Below, one piece after another: positions 14,258 to 33,760 of a stretch of 64,000 bases of DNA. Within the stretch, counting starts at the first letter, position 1. Each line of letters starts with the position of its first letter. Both the position numbers and the translations under genes were made by a program. The notes below the pieces were generated by a model, which saw nothing but the letters and a program-made list of their open reading frames with translations, did not search any database and was not told the origin of the DNA. Origin of the DNA: the human T2T-CHM13v2.0 reference genome, Homo sapiens; NCBI RefSeq assembly GCF_009914755.1, contig NC_060937.1; one strand, written 5' to 3'.

Positions 14258-16097
14258 TGTTTTGGTTGCTTCCAGGTTTGGTGATTAAGAATATAGCTGT
14301 AAATAGGTGCAGGTTTTTGAGTAAGCACGTTTTCAATTCAGTTGGGTAAAATCTAAGAGCAGGATCACTGGGTAATATGTAAGATCTTGTTTGCCTTTGT
14401 AAGAAACTTCCAAACTATCTCTTAAAGTACCGTTTTATATTCTTACTAGCAATTAGAGTTGCTATAGCTCCACATTCTCTACAGCATTTGATATTATCGT
14501 TTTTTAAAAAATTTTAATTAGCTTAATAGGTGTGTAGTGGTACCTCACAGTTGTTTTAATTTGTAATTCCCTAATTACATATGATGGTGAGCATTTTTTA
14601 ATATGTTTGCTTGCCATCTACTTTTCTTCCGAGGTAAAGAGAAGACATTTTTCTCATTTTTAAATTGGGTTTTTTGTTTTCTTGCTGTTGAGCTTTAAGA
14701 ACTCTTTGTACCTTTTGGATAACAGTCTTTTATCAAAAATATTTTTTACAAATATTTTGTCCCAGGATCTGTTTTCTCTTTTCATTCTCTTAAGAGTATC
14801 TTTCACAGAGCAGAAATCTTTACTTTTAACAAACTTCAACTTTTTTTTCTTTCAAGGATTGTCTTTTTGTTTTTGTATTTAAAAACTCATCATAAAACCA
14901 AGGTTATCTAGATTTTATCCTATATTTTATTTTACCAGTTTTATAGTTTTTCAATTTATAGTTAGGTCTATTATTCATTTCAAGTTAATTTTGTGAAAAA
15001 TAAAAATGTGTGTGTGTGGGTGTGGGTGTGGGTGTGCGCATGGGCGTATGTGTTTGCATATAAATGTCCAATTGATATGGCACTATTGTTTGAAAAAACT
15101 ATCCTTTCTCCATTGAATTGACTTTGCTCCTTTGTCAAAGGTCAGTTGAACATATTTGTGTGAGTTCACTTTAGGATCTCTATTCTGTTACAATAGACAA
15201 GTACAGTCTACTTGTCTATTCTTTAGCTAATATCACACTTTCCTCATAATTGCTGCCTTATAGTAAGTCTCGAAGTCAGGAAGTGTCGGTCCTTTAACTT
15301 TGTTCTTCTTTTTCAATATTGAGTTGGTTATTCTGGTCTTTGACTCTCCACATAAACTTTAGATATAGTTTGTTGATAGCCACAAAATAACTTGCTGGAG
15401 TTTTGATCACATTGTATCTATAGATTATGTTGGGGGAAATTGACATCTTGATAACACTGAATGTTTCTACACTATGGATATTTCATGAACATGGAATCTT
15501 TCTCCATTTAGGTAGATCTTGTTTGATTATTATCATGATAGTTTTATAGATTTTCTCACTCAGAACTTGTACATGTGTTGTTAAATTTAGAGCTAAGTAT
15601 TTCATTATTTGGGGGATAATGTGTAGTGTTTTTAATTTTAAATCCCAACTGTTGTTAGTACATAGGAAAGCTGCTGAGTTTTTGCAAAATAACCTTGTAT
15701 CCTGCAACCTAGCTGTAATCATGTATTAGCTCTAGTTCTATTGATTATTTGGGATTTTCTGCATAGACAATCATATCATCTGCAAACAAAGACAATGTTA
15801 CTACTTATTTCTCTCTCTCTCTATGTATATATATATACCTCTTATTTCCTTCTCTTTTTTATTGAACTAGCTAGGACCTTTGGAATAACACTGAATACAA
15901 GTTGCACTCGTTGCTGGTGAACTAATCTTGGCTTTGATTCTCTATATTAACCTATCTTTCCAAATTTCAGGGTGGTGATTTTCCCTGTAACTTCCAATCT
16001 CTGGTGGATATACTGTCGAGTTTCTGTTTGTTCGGCATTTTCCTTGTGAGGATCAAAGTGACGTCTTCCATGTTCTTTACATGTCAGAACTCCCCCT

Positions 16098-16800
16098 TTA
16101 CTTTTTAGTAAATACAAACATGATCAATTAGCTTATAATGAACCATCCTGTAAACACCATCACAACTAAATTATACAATCCAACATCTCCAATTATGAGA
16201 AAGATTGTTGTCATGTACCCACAAAAAATACTGTGCACTGAAAAAAACACAGCATCCCTTGTAATATTTTGTCAAAAATGTATAACCTGAATATAATGAC
16301 AAGAAAACAAAAGAAAAATCCAAATTGAGGTCATTTTGCAACGAACTAAAATATATTCTTTAAAACTGCTATGGTCATGAAAGGAAAGCATAACTAAGAA
16401 GCTGTTTCAAATTGATGGATAATAAAGAGACATGGCAATTAGGGGCCATTTTTGACTCTACATTGAATCGTACACCAGAAGTAAATGGGTAATACAAAAG
16501 ACATTGATAGGGAAATTGGAGACAATTGAACAAGACCTATCCACTGTTTTAAAGTACTGAATCAACATTTATTTCCTTATTTTCATGAAAATTTATAGGC
16601 TGGTATTGTTATTTTTAGGAAATATTCTCTGATGTATATAGGGATACTATGACACTATGTCAGAAAATGACTTTCTATGAAATGTATAGTATATATAATA
16701 ATAATGACATTTATATAGAGTGAATAAGACAAATATGGTAAACTATTAACAACTTGGACATCTGGATAAGGGGTATACAAGAATCCTTTATCACTTATCA
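16098..16800 (+). mobile_element. Old L1MC3/MC4-type 3' end, right part of the split element
   Basis: caaaaatgtataacctgaat...ccaaattgagg...aaagagacatggcaa...tctggataaggggtatacaagaat. Confidence 0.65.
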
Positions 16801-16804
16801 TTAT

Positions 16805-16968
16805 CTGTGTGACCTTGTGAACACTATTTTACATCTAGGTGCTTTAGTTTTCACATGTGTAAAACAGTGATAATAGTGGTATTTTTAGACATAGTGTGAC
16901 TATTAAGTGGAATAATGTATGTAAAAACATGCAGATGATCTGGTGTATAATGAACACAGGAAAATCTG
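16805..16968 (+). mobile_element. MIR
   Basis: tgtgtgaccttg...agttttcacatgtgtaaaacagtgataatagt core. Confidence 0.65.
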
Positions 16969-19521
16969 TTTTTTTAGAATAAATGCAATAAGTATTTGTT
17001 ACATCATTAAAAATAATATATAACTTCAAAGCTTCTGGAAGTTCTATATCCTACTGAAGGCATATATGTGGGATAGAGAGTACTTTTATTTAACAAAAAT
17101 TAAAGAACCATCTTGTGAACACACTTTAATGGTTTTTGTTTTTTTTTTTAACTAGACTGGGTTCTGTGTATAATACAAAATGCCACTTCCATTATGGATG
17201 GGGAAGTATTTAGAGATTTTTTTCTTCAAGAATATGTTTATCTTGCATGCATTTTCTAAAATGTTTCTGAGGATCTGTGTGTATAAGTCCTGTGCACACT
17301 CGTGCATGCTTACTCAGGAGTTATCTTCAGCAGACTGGCAGGCAACAAGAAGAGTGGCAAGGTGTTTTGTCATTTTAACTGGTGGAAAAACCTCAAATAA
17401 GAGTGAACTTGGATTACTTGTATTCCCATAGAACAATTCTCTTCGACTTGAATTGACAAACACACCATGGAATGTTTGCTGGACTTTAGAAAAGCCCACC
17501 TGGGCATTCTGTTACATTATCTCCCCAATTCAATGAGTTATTCTTGCCTAATTAACCTAAGTTTTGGCAGCTGCACTATAAAAGTAGATTATTGTAGGTT
17601 ATTGGGTGTTTATCAATCATCCTGGTGGAAAGAAGTCACCCAGATTGGAAGAATAAACCATGCCCTCCTTGGTACGAGATAGAATATTTCTAAAAGGATC
17701 AAGAATAAAAATTTGTACCGTAAAAAAGAAATAGGGAGGAAAAAGTAAAAGCTGACCTTCAAGGTAAAAAAGGCTAAGAATTAGGAAATTCTCATTTTTC
17801 TTTTCTCTTGAGCTGTTAATATTTTGTCATTTATTTTCATTATACCCAGATTTTCAGGAAAGACTATACCAAAAAAGGAGGCTGTGTTTTGAGTGCTTCA
17901 GGAAATTGAAGACATAGCTATGAAGTCAAAACTCATTTTATTGGCTTGGTTTTACTGTGGTTTTCATGAGTATACAGCAAATACTCATGAAAGTTTGAAT
18001 AATTGTGTGAATGTACTATTACTAAATTATAATTATTAATACTAATTAGTGAATAAATAACAAATACGTATTGATATACTTCTTGGAAAATCTGAAATGT
18101 TAATTGAATCAAACTCAATCACAAAAGTAGCAGATTCCAATATGAGTGAATATATCCTATGCAAATCTTGAGGTCACAACCTAAGACGGTAGAAACTGGT
18201 AATCATATCTGATCTCTTATTGCACATGAAATAATTGAAATACATCAAAAATTGGTACACAATGCTCATAAGTGGAATAAAATTTCTGCTTAAATATATG
18301 TGCAGTATTGCATTAAATAATATTGTCTGTGTTGTGCCATAAACACTTTACCCAGGTTTTCAAATATTCTCTCTCTATAGCTTGATTCAGAATTTTATTG
18401 TTTCATTATGTGACATATTCACATTTATCTTGTACTCCTTTTAGCTCCTTTCCCCATAATATAATGTTTCATAATGTTTTCTTATTGTCATGCATTCATC
18501 AGACAAATCTATTTCTTTAACTAACTTTTTTTGGGGGGACATTGTTGAGTTATTCACTCTACACAGTTTTATTGAGTTTGGATGTACTTACAGGCTATAC
18601 CTTCTCATCTAGAGAATATAATGTGCAATATAATTGCAATATATTACATTCAATAATATGTGTCAAGCATCTGGTTGCTTTTTGCTTTGCTTCATAGAAT
18701 CTCTCAGAGAGCTCAAACATCAAGATTGAAAACATTTTGTTCCAGAGAGCCATGAAGCTCTACTGAAAAGAAATACAACAAGATAAAATATATCTTTCAC
18801 CTGACATGCAAAATGTTTTCTGGCTCAAACGTGTTTACTTAAGGGAAATGTGTGAATTCTATTGATTTTTGGCTGGCTTTGGGGGGAAAAAAGGAGGAAG
18901 AGCAGAGTGCTATGTGGTGTTGCCAAGAGATGCCATATCAAATTTCAGTAAGGCCATATCAAATAAAAACATTTTCTAATAAGCTGTAAGAAACTCCCTT
19001 AAAAATCCATATAGAGATGACCTTCTACAACAAAAGTATAAAACTAGAATTTAAAGACTTACAAATATACTGAAAGTTATGGTATTGTTGTTTTCCAATA
19101 AAAACCAGTTAGTTACGTTGCTATAACTTTTTATAATGTTTACCCAAGTTTAATTTCTAATAGATTGTGTCAATTTATTGGGATCAATTTTATAACATGA
19201 CATTTCAAATATGTATAAAATATTAACATCCTGAAATGTTCACTCTTATTTGATCTTAGAAGTTAAGCAAAGTAGGTCAGGTGAGCACCCAGGAATATGG
19301 GGTACAGAGAAATTTGGGTAGCTAAGAAAGAGTGTGAGAGCAATGGGAAGATTTTCCCCCTCAAAATGGAAACTACAGGAGCATGTTTCTCTATTGATGT
19401 AGCAATGCAAAGGTGGCCTGGGTCTACTTGGGGTAGGGTTTCCTGTTCTCTGAGTACCATGATGGCCTCAGGGTTAGGCTCACTTAGGCAACACAGGATG
19501 AGAAACTCATTGATGTGTGTC

Positions 19522-19554
19522 TATGTGTGTGTGTGTGTGTGCGCGCGCACACGC
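19522..19554. repeat. (TG)n(CG)n(CA)n alternating purine-pyrimidine tract
   Basis: tatgtgtgtgtgtgtgtgtgcgcgcgcacacgc. Confidence 0.9.
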
Positions 19555-19642
19555 TTGGTTTTTTGTTGTTGTTGTTGTTACCTAAGAAGCAGTTAAGTGT
19601 AGAGGAAAAAAAATGAGATTCGGGATCAGGAGTATATCAGTT

Positions 19643-19822
19643 CAGGAAACACCAGCCCAGAAGACACCACTTAAGAAGTAATAAGGTGGAAGGGGTCCCA
19701 ACACTGAAGAGGAGCTCAGTGGCAGTGGTCTCCTCTAGGACTGGGCTGATGATAAGAGATGTTATTATAGAACTGGACTCCCCAGTAAAATTGGGGTGCT
19801 AGGAGCCCACAATGATGGAGGC
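19643..19822 (+). mobile_element. ERVL (HERV16/ERV3-16A3-like) gag fragment, inverted relative to the rest of the provirus
   Basis: The plus strand reads PEDT and then SSVAVVSSRTGLMIRDVIIELDS (19713-19781), which is colinear with the ERVL gag motif SSVVALLCRPGLTVGDAVTELGS as I recall it. Confidence 0.65.
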
Positions 19823-21120
19823 CTCATGCAGTGTATCTACTCTGGCCCTTCCAGCTCTATGGGCCTTTTGGTCCCTTCATCCATCATCTACAATGGCAGT
19901 TCTAGCATTTCTGCTTCACTTAGCATGAGCCTTCACTTTCCAAGTTTCCAAGAGACAACCTAGCACTGGATTAGCATCATTCCTTGAGGTCCTTTTTAGA
20001 GCGTTTAGAGTAATTTTATTTCTATAAACTCTCCCTTACCCAACTTCATATTCTATCTCCCTTGCTTCAGCACCCTCTGGATTAAGTCCACGTATACTCC
20101 TCTGTTCACGTTTAAGTCTCCGCAGCTTCTCTCAGATAGAGTTCCTTTTCCCTCTCGCCAAGCCCAGCACTTTGTTGAATGGGTTCTACTGTTACTTGGC
20201 CCTCCTCATTGGTCTGGTTGTCAAGAAGGGAGGTAGAAGTCAATCCTCTCGGGGCAGCACACCTGGTCTTGAAAGGCAGAGTGTTCTGTTATCTTCAAGC
20301 AGGGCTGGGGATGGGGGAAGTTATGCAGACCAGAAGCGGTAGAGGTAACCTGGGTTGCAAGGTTTTCAAGTGAGTTGACTGAAGTGTCACATCCCAACTT
20401 TGAGGTTTCACTCCTCCCAATCTCAGCTCTAATCTTGACAGAATGGTCTTGTTTAGGTTGAGGATTCAAACTTCACTGCAGTTCAACTACCCTTATAATT
20501 AAGCATTCGGCCTCATGCCCAGGATCTTCTGTAGAGATGTGCTGCCAAGGGGCCCTTGACTTTCACACTCTGCTTTAAATTGGTGATTACTCACCCTCTA
20601 TCTTTCAAGTAAGAACCATCTCATTCAATTGTTTTCATACTAACTAATCTCCCCTAGCCTCTCCAACACCTGAAAGACTGCATCAGCGAGTGCATTCCTT
20701 TCACTGTAACTTGTTTGTTTTTTGTTTTTATCCTCAACCCTACTGCCATTTCGACAGGTTATTTTTTTTCTTGTGGGGGGCAGGGGTCCGTTCTGTTAAG
20801 CACCATCCCTGGACACTACCTGCTAGATGCCAGTAACACCATCATCCCCTCTCCCTCAACACACATACATCATCTCTATCAGAATTGTCTCAGGCTTCAA
20901 CAAGCGTTTCCAGAGAGGGGAGAAGTATCGCGCCACTGAGAACAGCACTAGCTCATCCCAGTTCAGCATTGGTGAGAATTTTATCAACTGCATTGCCACA
21001 GCACACCAGGCCCTGTCCTCTTTCCACCTGTTACCAATGATCTCTCTCAATAGGTTACGGGTTATTCAGTTCAAATTCCCTTTTTAGATTATTCTTTTGT
21101 GGAGTGCTCCTGGCACCACC
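19819..21120 (-). mobile_element. HERV16/ERV3-16A3-like internal region (leader and decayed gag)
   Basis: The minus strand reads VDLIQRVLKQGR*NMKLGKGEFIE and EAEMLELPL*MMDEGTKRPIELEGPE*IHCMRP, both ERVL gag-like. A Leu-type PBS-like tggtgccaggag lies next to LTR16 at 21101-21118. Confidence 0.75.
20728..20949 (-). mobile_element. MER20 (hAT-Charlie) inserted in the ERVL
   Basis: ctcaacc...catccctggacactacctgctagatgccagtaacacc...tgagaacagcact. Confidence 0.75.
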
Positions 21121-21484
21121 TGCTGTGTATCAGGTCCCCAGGGGAGTAGATCTTGGGATGGATGTTTGTATACAGAAAGCTTTCTGGGGACTGCTAGGGG
21201 AAAAGCATCTGTTGGGGAGTGGGCAGAGGAAGAAGTTGAGCCATTATGCAACTGAAACAACTTTTCATCTTTCCCACAGCGAGCACTGGAGCTAGGATAA
21301 TCCTTTAGAGATGTCCAAATTGTATCACTAAATCAACCACCATTGGATGCAGGTTGCCTCCAGCTTCTACTGATGGAGGGTAATTCCTAGGAAGTTTTCA
21401 GCTATGAGCCATCAGCAGTCAGAATTACTGACTCCTGGGGAAATGAGTGTTTCACAAAGGCTGTGCACCATGACATCCACTACA
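21121..21484 (-). mobile_element. LTR16A-like 5' LTR
   Basis: The reverse complement begins tgtagtggatg...catttccccagg...ctgctgatggctcatagctga and is followed directly by the PBS and gag. Confidence 0.8.
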
Positions 21485-22224
21485 AAGACTGAAATAGAAA
21501 ATCTTGCAAAATAATTTATTTTCAAATTAGTCAGTAAAAGACTTAAATTTTGCTGTTAAAGAGAACTTGGTAATGCCATGGCATCTTGTGACAATCCAGT
21601 CATTAAGTTAACAAATATTTACTGAATGTCAAGCACTATTCTGGAAGCTAAGCAGTGCATTTATGTACATGAAGAGTGATGTTATTTTGTCATAACAAAA
21701 TCAACCATATGAGGAAGAATAAAACTGGGATGTGATACCATGAAACGTATTCTATACATTGATTGCTTATTTTAAACATATTACCAATAAAAAGAGGCAA
21801 CTTAGTGTATTCAGTGCCTCTCAGGGGTTTCGTGTGGACTTGTCATTTACAGTCCCATTGGTGAACATAATATCTCCAATGCATTTGGTTGATCGTTCAC
21901 TTTGAAAAAAAAAATCAAGCTTTAGTGATAATTCTAGAAAAGCAACGAGTCTTCTTAATAGGTCTGGAATTTTTTTTAATTATTTGGTTTATTTTTGTGG
22001 TGGCCAGTGAAGGGTGATAGAATTAAGTGTCTCCAGGGTAATAATATTGGTGGTTGTTCTTAAAATATCCCCCACTGATGAGGTTTGATGACATCTTTAA
22101 ATGTCCTTCATCTCAAGGAAATTGAGTCATGCTTTAGGAAAGGAATTGAGAAACATTTTAGGAAATGTATGTATGGAGCAAATAATATAATGTTATATAA
22201 CTATTCAAATTCTAAAATATAAAG

Positions 22225-22407
22225 CAGTGTTTGGAAATATTTTTATTGTACTGACTTCAGAGGTGTGATGGGGAAGGGGGCATGCTAATGGCACCTAGTT
22301 TTTAGAAGCCAGGGGTGCTGTAAATACTCTACAATGCACAGGACGGTCCGCAACAACAAAGAGATCTCCAGTCCAAAATGTTAAAGGTGCCAAAGTTGAG
22401 AAACTCT
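22225..22407 (+). mobile_element. MER20
   Basis: gccaggggtgctgtaaatactctacaatgcacaggac...ccaaaatgttaaaggtgccaaagttgagaaac. Confidence 0.85.
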
Positions 22408-22829
22408 TATATACAGAGAAATAATATTCTCTGTACTTAGCCAGTTAATTAGTTTTCAGTATTTTGTGAAAACTATGCAACGTTCTATACACTTCAGGTT
22501 CATACAAAATAATATTCATATTGGCAACTTTTAAAGAACAGTTATTCTACACATTTTTAAGATAAAGCATTAAAATCCTCGTACAATGAAAATAAAAATT
22601 TCTGTGCATATCTTTTTTATTATCATTAAACATTTGTGAGATTTAGTCTCCCTCCCTCTGCACCTGCAAGTTTAGCTCCTTAAGGAGGAGTAATTGACAC
22701 CTTGACATGCATGTTCAGTCACATTCCAGGTCCTGAGTGTGTACTGACCTAGGCTGGAATTAAAGCAGCAGCCACGTCTTTACTACCACCTACTGAGAAA
22801 CACAGTTAATTTTTCCTTCAAGATCTAAT

Positions 22830-23405
22830 GTCATGAGGCAACCGTGACTTTGGGATTCCAGCTTTACCCATCTCTCCTTCTTAAAAATGGTGATGCAAAT
22901 TATACTCAGGACCCTAAAGCACTAGAAACTACCCGTGTTCTCTCTGCCTCTTCACCCCTAAACAACTACTCCCTTTCAGACATCTTGCCTTTTAACCTTG
23001 TCTCTGTTCACTTCCTATCCCTGGCACCAAGCCCCCACTGGCATTGAAGCCCTCTTCTAGTCCCTAGTTTGGAAATACGTTCAGATTCTTCACACCTGCG
23101 TCTTTTCCAGAATTGAAGCCAGTCTCCCAACTATTAACATAATGGGTCATGACAGATTAACTAGGAGGTAAATATTCACGGAATTGCTCACTTTAGGCCG
23201 CTGAATTTAGACATTGTCTTCCATTTTCTATAGAAACTTTTTCCCCTGTGACATTTTGAGTGCTGTATTGTAATTGTTTCTTTATAGGTCTCCTTTCTCA
23301 ATCAGGCTGAGAGCTTTCCCAGGAGACTGATTTTTCGTCTGCGACCTGCAGAATAGAGTATGGGACATAATGGACTTTGAAAAATGTTCGGTAAGTAACA
23401 AAATG
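22830..23405 (+). mobile_element. L2 3' fragment
   Basis: Pyrimidine-rich decayed sequence ending in an L2-like terminus (tattgtaattgttt...ggctgagagct...gggacataatg...aaaatgtt). Confidence 0.45.
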
Positions 23406-24739
23406 CCTGATTGAAAATCTCATTACTACCCTTAGTCTTTGGCCAGTGGCTGCCCTTCTAGGTTTTAGAATCTAGTGTCAACTGTGATACTAGTGCATTT
23501 TCTCTGCCTCTGCCCTGTTTAGGTGCTGGACTCTGGGGCTGTGTTCTGTCTGTCCTATCTCTTCTGTGCTGATATGAATAAGCCATATTGTCTTGAGCTT
23601 GTGTAATGCACAGATAAGTCACTACCTAGTAATTCAAACAAATTTTTTACAGGATTGCTTTAATGAACAACTAAAGAACTAGTAATTACTTTAATCACAG
23701 GCATTTCTGTGGCTGCAGCAGTAGAGACCATTAATACCAAAAGGCCTCAGGCATCTAAACTGGTTTAGAGAGAACAGAGCTTCTTTGTAAGTAAATGACT
23801 TTTAATCAGAGGCTCCAAAGCTGTCACTGGAACTGTGGCAATTTACCCAGACACAATTAAAGCTTCTACTTTAAATAAAGAAATAAGAAAAAAAGAATAT
23901 TTTACAGGAGAAAAATGAGAAATGGATTAGCATTTACATAGACATGACATTCCAGTGAGTGAATACCAATGCTAGAAATGATGATTATGATGAAGAAATG
24001 CAGAATTATATGCATTAAACCTACAGTCTGAACAAAAATGATCAGGAAAGAATGGGTGTATTATCCAAAAATTATATACCAAATAAATGGAAAAAGATTT
24101 GTAGCAGAGCATTGAAATGGAATAATACTATAGGGATTTTTTAATATTATAATTGTATGTATTATAAAGATGGAAATGCTGCGTAACTACTATTTTAGAA
24201 AGGATTTGATCCAGTTATTTGGACCAGCATATGAAAATAAATATTTACTATTTAACATTCCTATGCCTTTGATTTTTGTTTTTTGGCTACAGAAGCCTCC
24301 AAAACTTATGAGAATACAATTGCATCAATCGTTTTAAAAAGTTTGAGTAAAAGAGTCTGAGATAACTACATATGTCAATCAATTTTTACAATGAAAAATA
24401 CAAAATAGAATTAAAGTTATTTGTTATTAGTGTTTCCAATAAACAATATAATCATTCTGCAAGCGCCTAGAGATTTAGATATCACGCATGCTACACAATT
24501 AAAGAATGGCAGCATAAAGAGACTGTTACCCAATGGAGCCAGTGTTCAAGAATATTTAGTGATGGTTTATTGTGCTTGAATGATGGACCTCAAGTGAAAT
24601 CTCTTTTATGTATATATAGTTAATATTTCATCTTATTTATTTATAAATCACTTTGTTTCAAAATTGAGCCAGCTACATTAAATACTCATAATTCAAGATA
24701 AGATGTAATTCAAAATGAATAGATGGGATAATTTCCAAG

Positions 24740-24865
24740 TAAGATCTCAAGAGGCTGAATCCTCTCCCCGCAAGTGAGGATGATCATTCTCTGTCCACCA
24801 CTCAATGCCTATGATAGTGCCTGGAACAGAGGCAGTACTCAAAATTATCTGCTGAATGAACAGAT
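24740..24865 (+). mobile_element. L2 3' end
   Basis: agtgcctggaacagaggcagtactcaaaattatctgctgaatgaa. Confidence 0.55.
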
Positions 24866-24949
24866 GTGACTCGAATGCCCATTTTAAATTCCTCCTCTCC
24901 TAGACTTTTATTGAAATAGTCACCAGAACAACAAGAATAGAAAGACTTT

Positions 24950-25253
24950 TAATTTGTTTAATTTTTTTAGTATAGATAAAATCTTGCTCTGTTTTCCAGG
25001 CTGGAGTACAGTAGCTTGATCACAGCTCACGGCTCAGGGCAGCCTTGACCTCCCAGGCAAAAGCGATCTTCCTGCCTCAGCCTCCTGATTAGCCGGGACT
25101 ACAGGCATGTGTCACCACACCTGGCTAATTTTTTTTTTTTTTTTGTAGAGACAGGGTCTCACAGTCCAGGCTGATCTCAAATTCCTGGGCCCAAGTGATC
25201 TTTCTGATCTCCCAAAGTGCTAAGATTACAAGAGTAAGTCACCACACTTGGCC
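24950..25253 (-). mobile_element. AluJ (Jo-like)
   Basis: gatcacagctcac, gcagccttgacctccc and cctgggcccaagtgatc are AluJ-type. TSD aagacttt at 24942-24949 and 25255-25262. Confidence 0.9.
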
Positions 25254-26021
25254 TAAGACTTTGTTTATTTTGTCAGAGTTAAATCAATCTGGAAGAGAGT
25301 AGTGTTTACTACAAAGTAGTATATTTCTGCTAAATATAGTACTGGTGGGGCTGGAGGAAAAAAATTAACTAATTAAAAAGCTGACCTGACCATGTGGGAA
25401 GGAGTAGCCTATTTGAGAAGTAAAGCTAGACCATCATCCTCCAATTCAGAATGGCTTGGGCTGAAACCGGCAGCTGGCTGGTGGGACAATCAGAAGCATG
25501 TCTGATTCCCATTATCTTCCTCTGGGAAGAATGCCAACTACCAAAGACGACATCTATGGAAAAAACATAGAATCACTTTTAATGGGCTCACAACACAACA
25601 CAAATGGCCGTGCCAGGAACAGAATAGCTGCCATACTAAATAGGGAGTTGAAACTCCAGTTTTTCCATTTCTCAAGCAGTATGTCATTGAACTGGCAGAG
25701 GAAAACTAGAGTAAATCTTAAGTTTTTCATCGTCCTTTATTTAGAAGAAGATGGTTAAATAATAATGTACACAATCTTGGAGAACAACCGTCTCATTTTT
25801 TAATATTAAGCAAGCATTGAATTTTGTGGTAAATTCAAGCAAACTGTACATGATAATCATAGTGATGATAATGATAGGCCCAAAGAAAACATCAAGTTTA
25901 TTTTCTTCTGGAAAACAAGGTTTCCTGAGGCTTTCAATCAACCACACTGTGGTCTGGAGATAGACTACAGTGTGCATCTGAAGTACCTGCAATGGGTGTG
26001 ATAGGGAAATAGATTCTGTTC

Positions 26022-31820
<5,799 letters not shown>

Positions 31821-31949
31821 TGATAGATATCTGAATAGGCTAGATCTTTACTTCATAAATATATTTTTTTAATTCTCAAAAAAATCCATCTAGTAGAACT
31901 TCCAAGAGAATGCTAATAACCACATTATAGAATATTTTTCTTTTAATTC

Positions 31950-33400
31950 AGCACAAATGAAGACATGGTAGTGTACTACAGAACAATCTCCAATATAATA
32001 AAAATTTTATCAAAACCAAGATAACACTTGATGGTGAAAAATTGCAACTATTTTTAAAGTCAGAAACATTAGGAGTGTATTTCTTTTACCAGTCTTATTA
32101 AATGTATATTATCAAGACATTATAATCGATGCAATACTAATAAATAATCCAGGCCAATAAATAGCAGAAATCATAATTTTCACATTATGTTATTGCCTAC
32201 TAAGGAAAACTAAGAAAACCAACAAAAACGTGATTAAAACTCAAAAGTGAATTCAGAAAAATGTCCGATTTCCAAACTTCACAGTGTTCAATGTACCGAT
32301 AATAATGTTTGAAAACAGTGAGTAAAAATACTTTTCTCATAGTAACAACAAAAGTTATAAATAGATTACAATAAATTTATAAAGAAATGCGCAGAATCCA
32401 GACAAAGTAAACTACAAAAAGTTTATTGTGGCATATAAAAAAGACTAGCAAATGAAGACGCATATTATAACACTGGAGTAGAACTTAATGGTGTAAACAT
32501 TCTCATCCTGTGTAATTAATATGGCCTAAGTGTAATATAATTATGATAAAAATAGCTGAAAAATGTCTTGTGAATACAAAAATGTTACTGAAGCTTGTTT
32601 AATTGAAAAAAATGAGGCTAAATCCTTCAAAATAAATGTAAAGGAGAGTACACTTCCAATTATTAAGATGCATTAAAGTGCTTCAATAATTAAAATAAGA
32701 TAGCCCATACTGATTGGAAGAAGTTCAAAGGCTAGAAATAAAAGAAAAACTCCAAAGAACAAAGGTATAAATAGAATCTACATATTTATATTTTACATAA
32801 AAGAAGTCTGGAGGCGGATAGTTTAGGGCTGGCAAGACAGCTCCAAGTTCATCAATAACTGAAGCTTTCCACCTGGATATTTTTGGTGTATAGTTCCATC
32901 CTAAGTGTGGCTTCTACCCTCTGGGTTATGTTTTAGTCCAATACATTTGCTGGAACCCATCCATCACTTCCACACTGCAGGGCAGAAGGAAAAGTAAAGC
33001 CAAAGGAGTAAAAAAGGAATTCCTCTTCAATGAATGAGTTCCCTTTAATCAGCCTTCCCCTGTGGCCCACTTGGTAATCTTGATGGCATTTCATTGGCCA
33101 GAACCTAGACATGTGACCACATCTTGCCATAAAGAAGGCAGGAAATCATAGTTTCATTTGTACGTTATTTACCTAGCTAAAAATTAACACTCATATTTCT
33201 AAGAAGGAAACAGGGAATCAATGTTGGACTAAATAATGCTAGCATCTGACAAATGATAGGAAATTAGTCTATAATAAAGGTGGCATTTTATATTAACAGA
33301 GAAATGATGGCTTTTTTCAAAAATAATTCTGAGAAATTAGATAACTACCTAGAAAAATGTTAAGTTTACTCTTTCCCTATAGTATTCAGAATTTTAAATT
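31950..33400 (+). mobile_element. Very old L1 (L1ME/L1M5) ORF2 remnant, interrupted by LTR33
   Basis: A-rich decayed ORF2 motifs (atggtgaaaaattgcaac, aactacaaaaagtttattg, tataataaaggtggcattt). Confidence 0.55.
32760..33251 (-). mobile_element. LTR33-like ERVL solo LTR
   Basis: Reverse complement tgtcagatgctagc...gatgtggtcacatgtctaggttctggccaatgaaatg. Confidence 0.7.
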
Positions 33401-33760
33401 ATGTATTATTTAAATTTCTATAATTTTAACTTTTTTCTGATTCAAAATAAAATATATCATTGAATGCAATTTAGGAAACATAAAACAGTATACCAAGCAT
33501 ATCTATAATGTTATTACCATAGATTACAATGATCAATGTTTTGAACTTTTCTTTGTATATAAACATCTGTATAGATTTATATAAATGGATATAATGTGTA
33601 TATAATATATATGTATATTTAATAAATATATATAACATATATGGGTGCATGCACAAACATATGTATATGTATAAACACACACACACACATACTCAGATCA
33701 TATTGTATGATTCAGGGTGGTGTTGCTGAAAACATTGGAAACCGATCCTAACACATAAAA

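Noticed and set aside
18680-18800. Acceptor-like site ttcatag followed by a short open frame
   Set aside because: All frames stop within about 70 nt, there is no good donor and no recognisable peptide.
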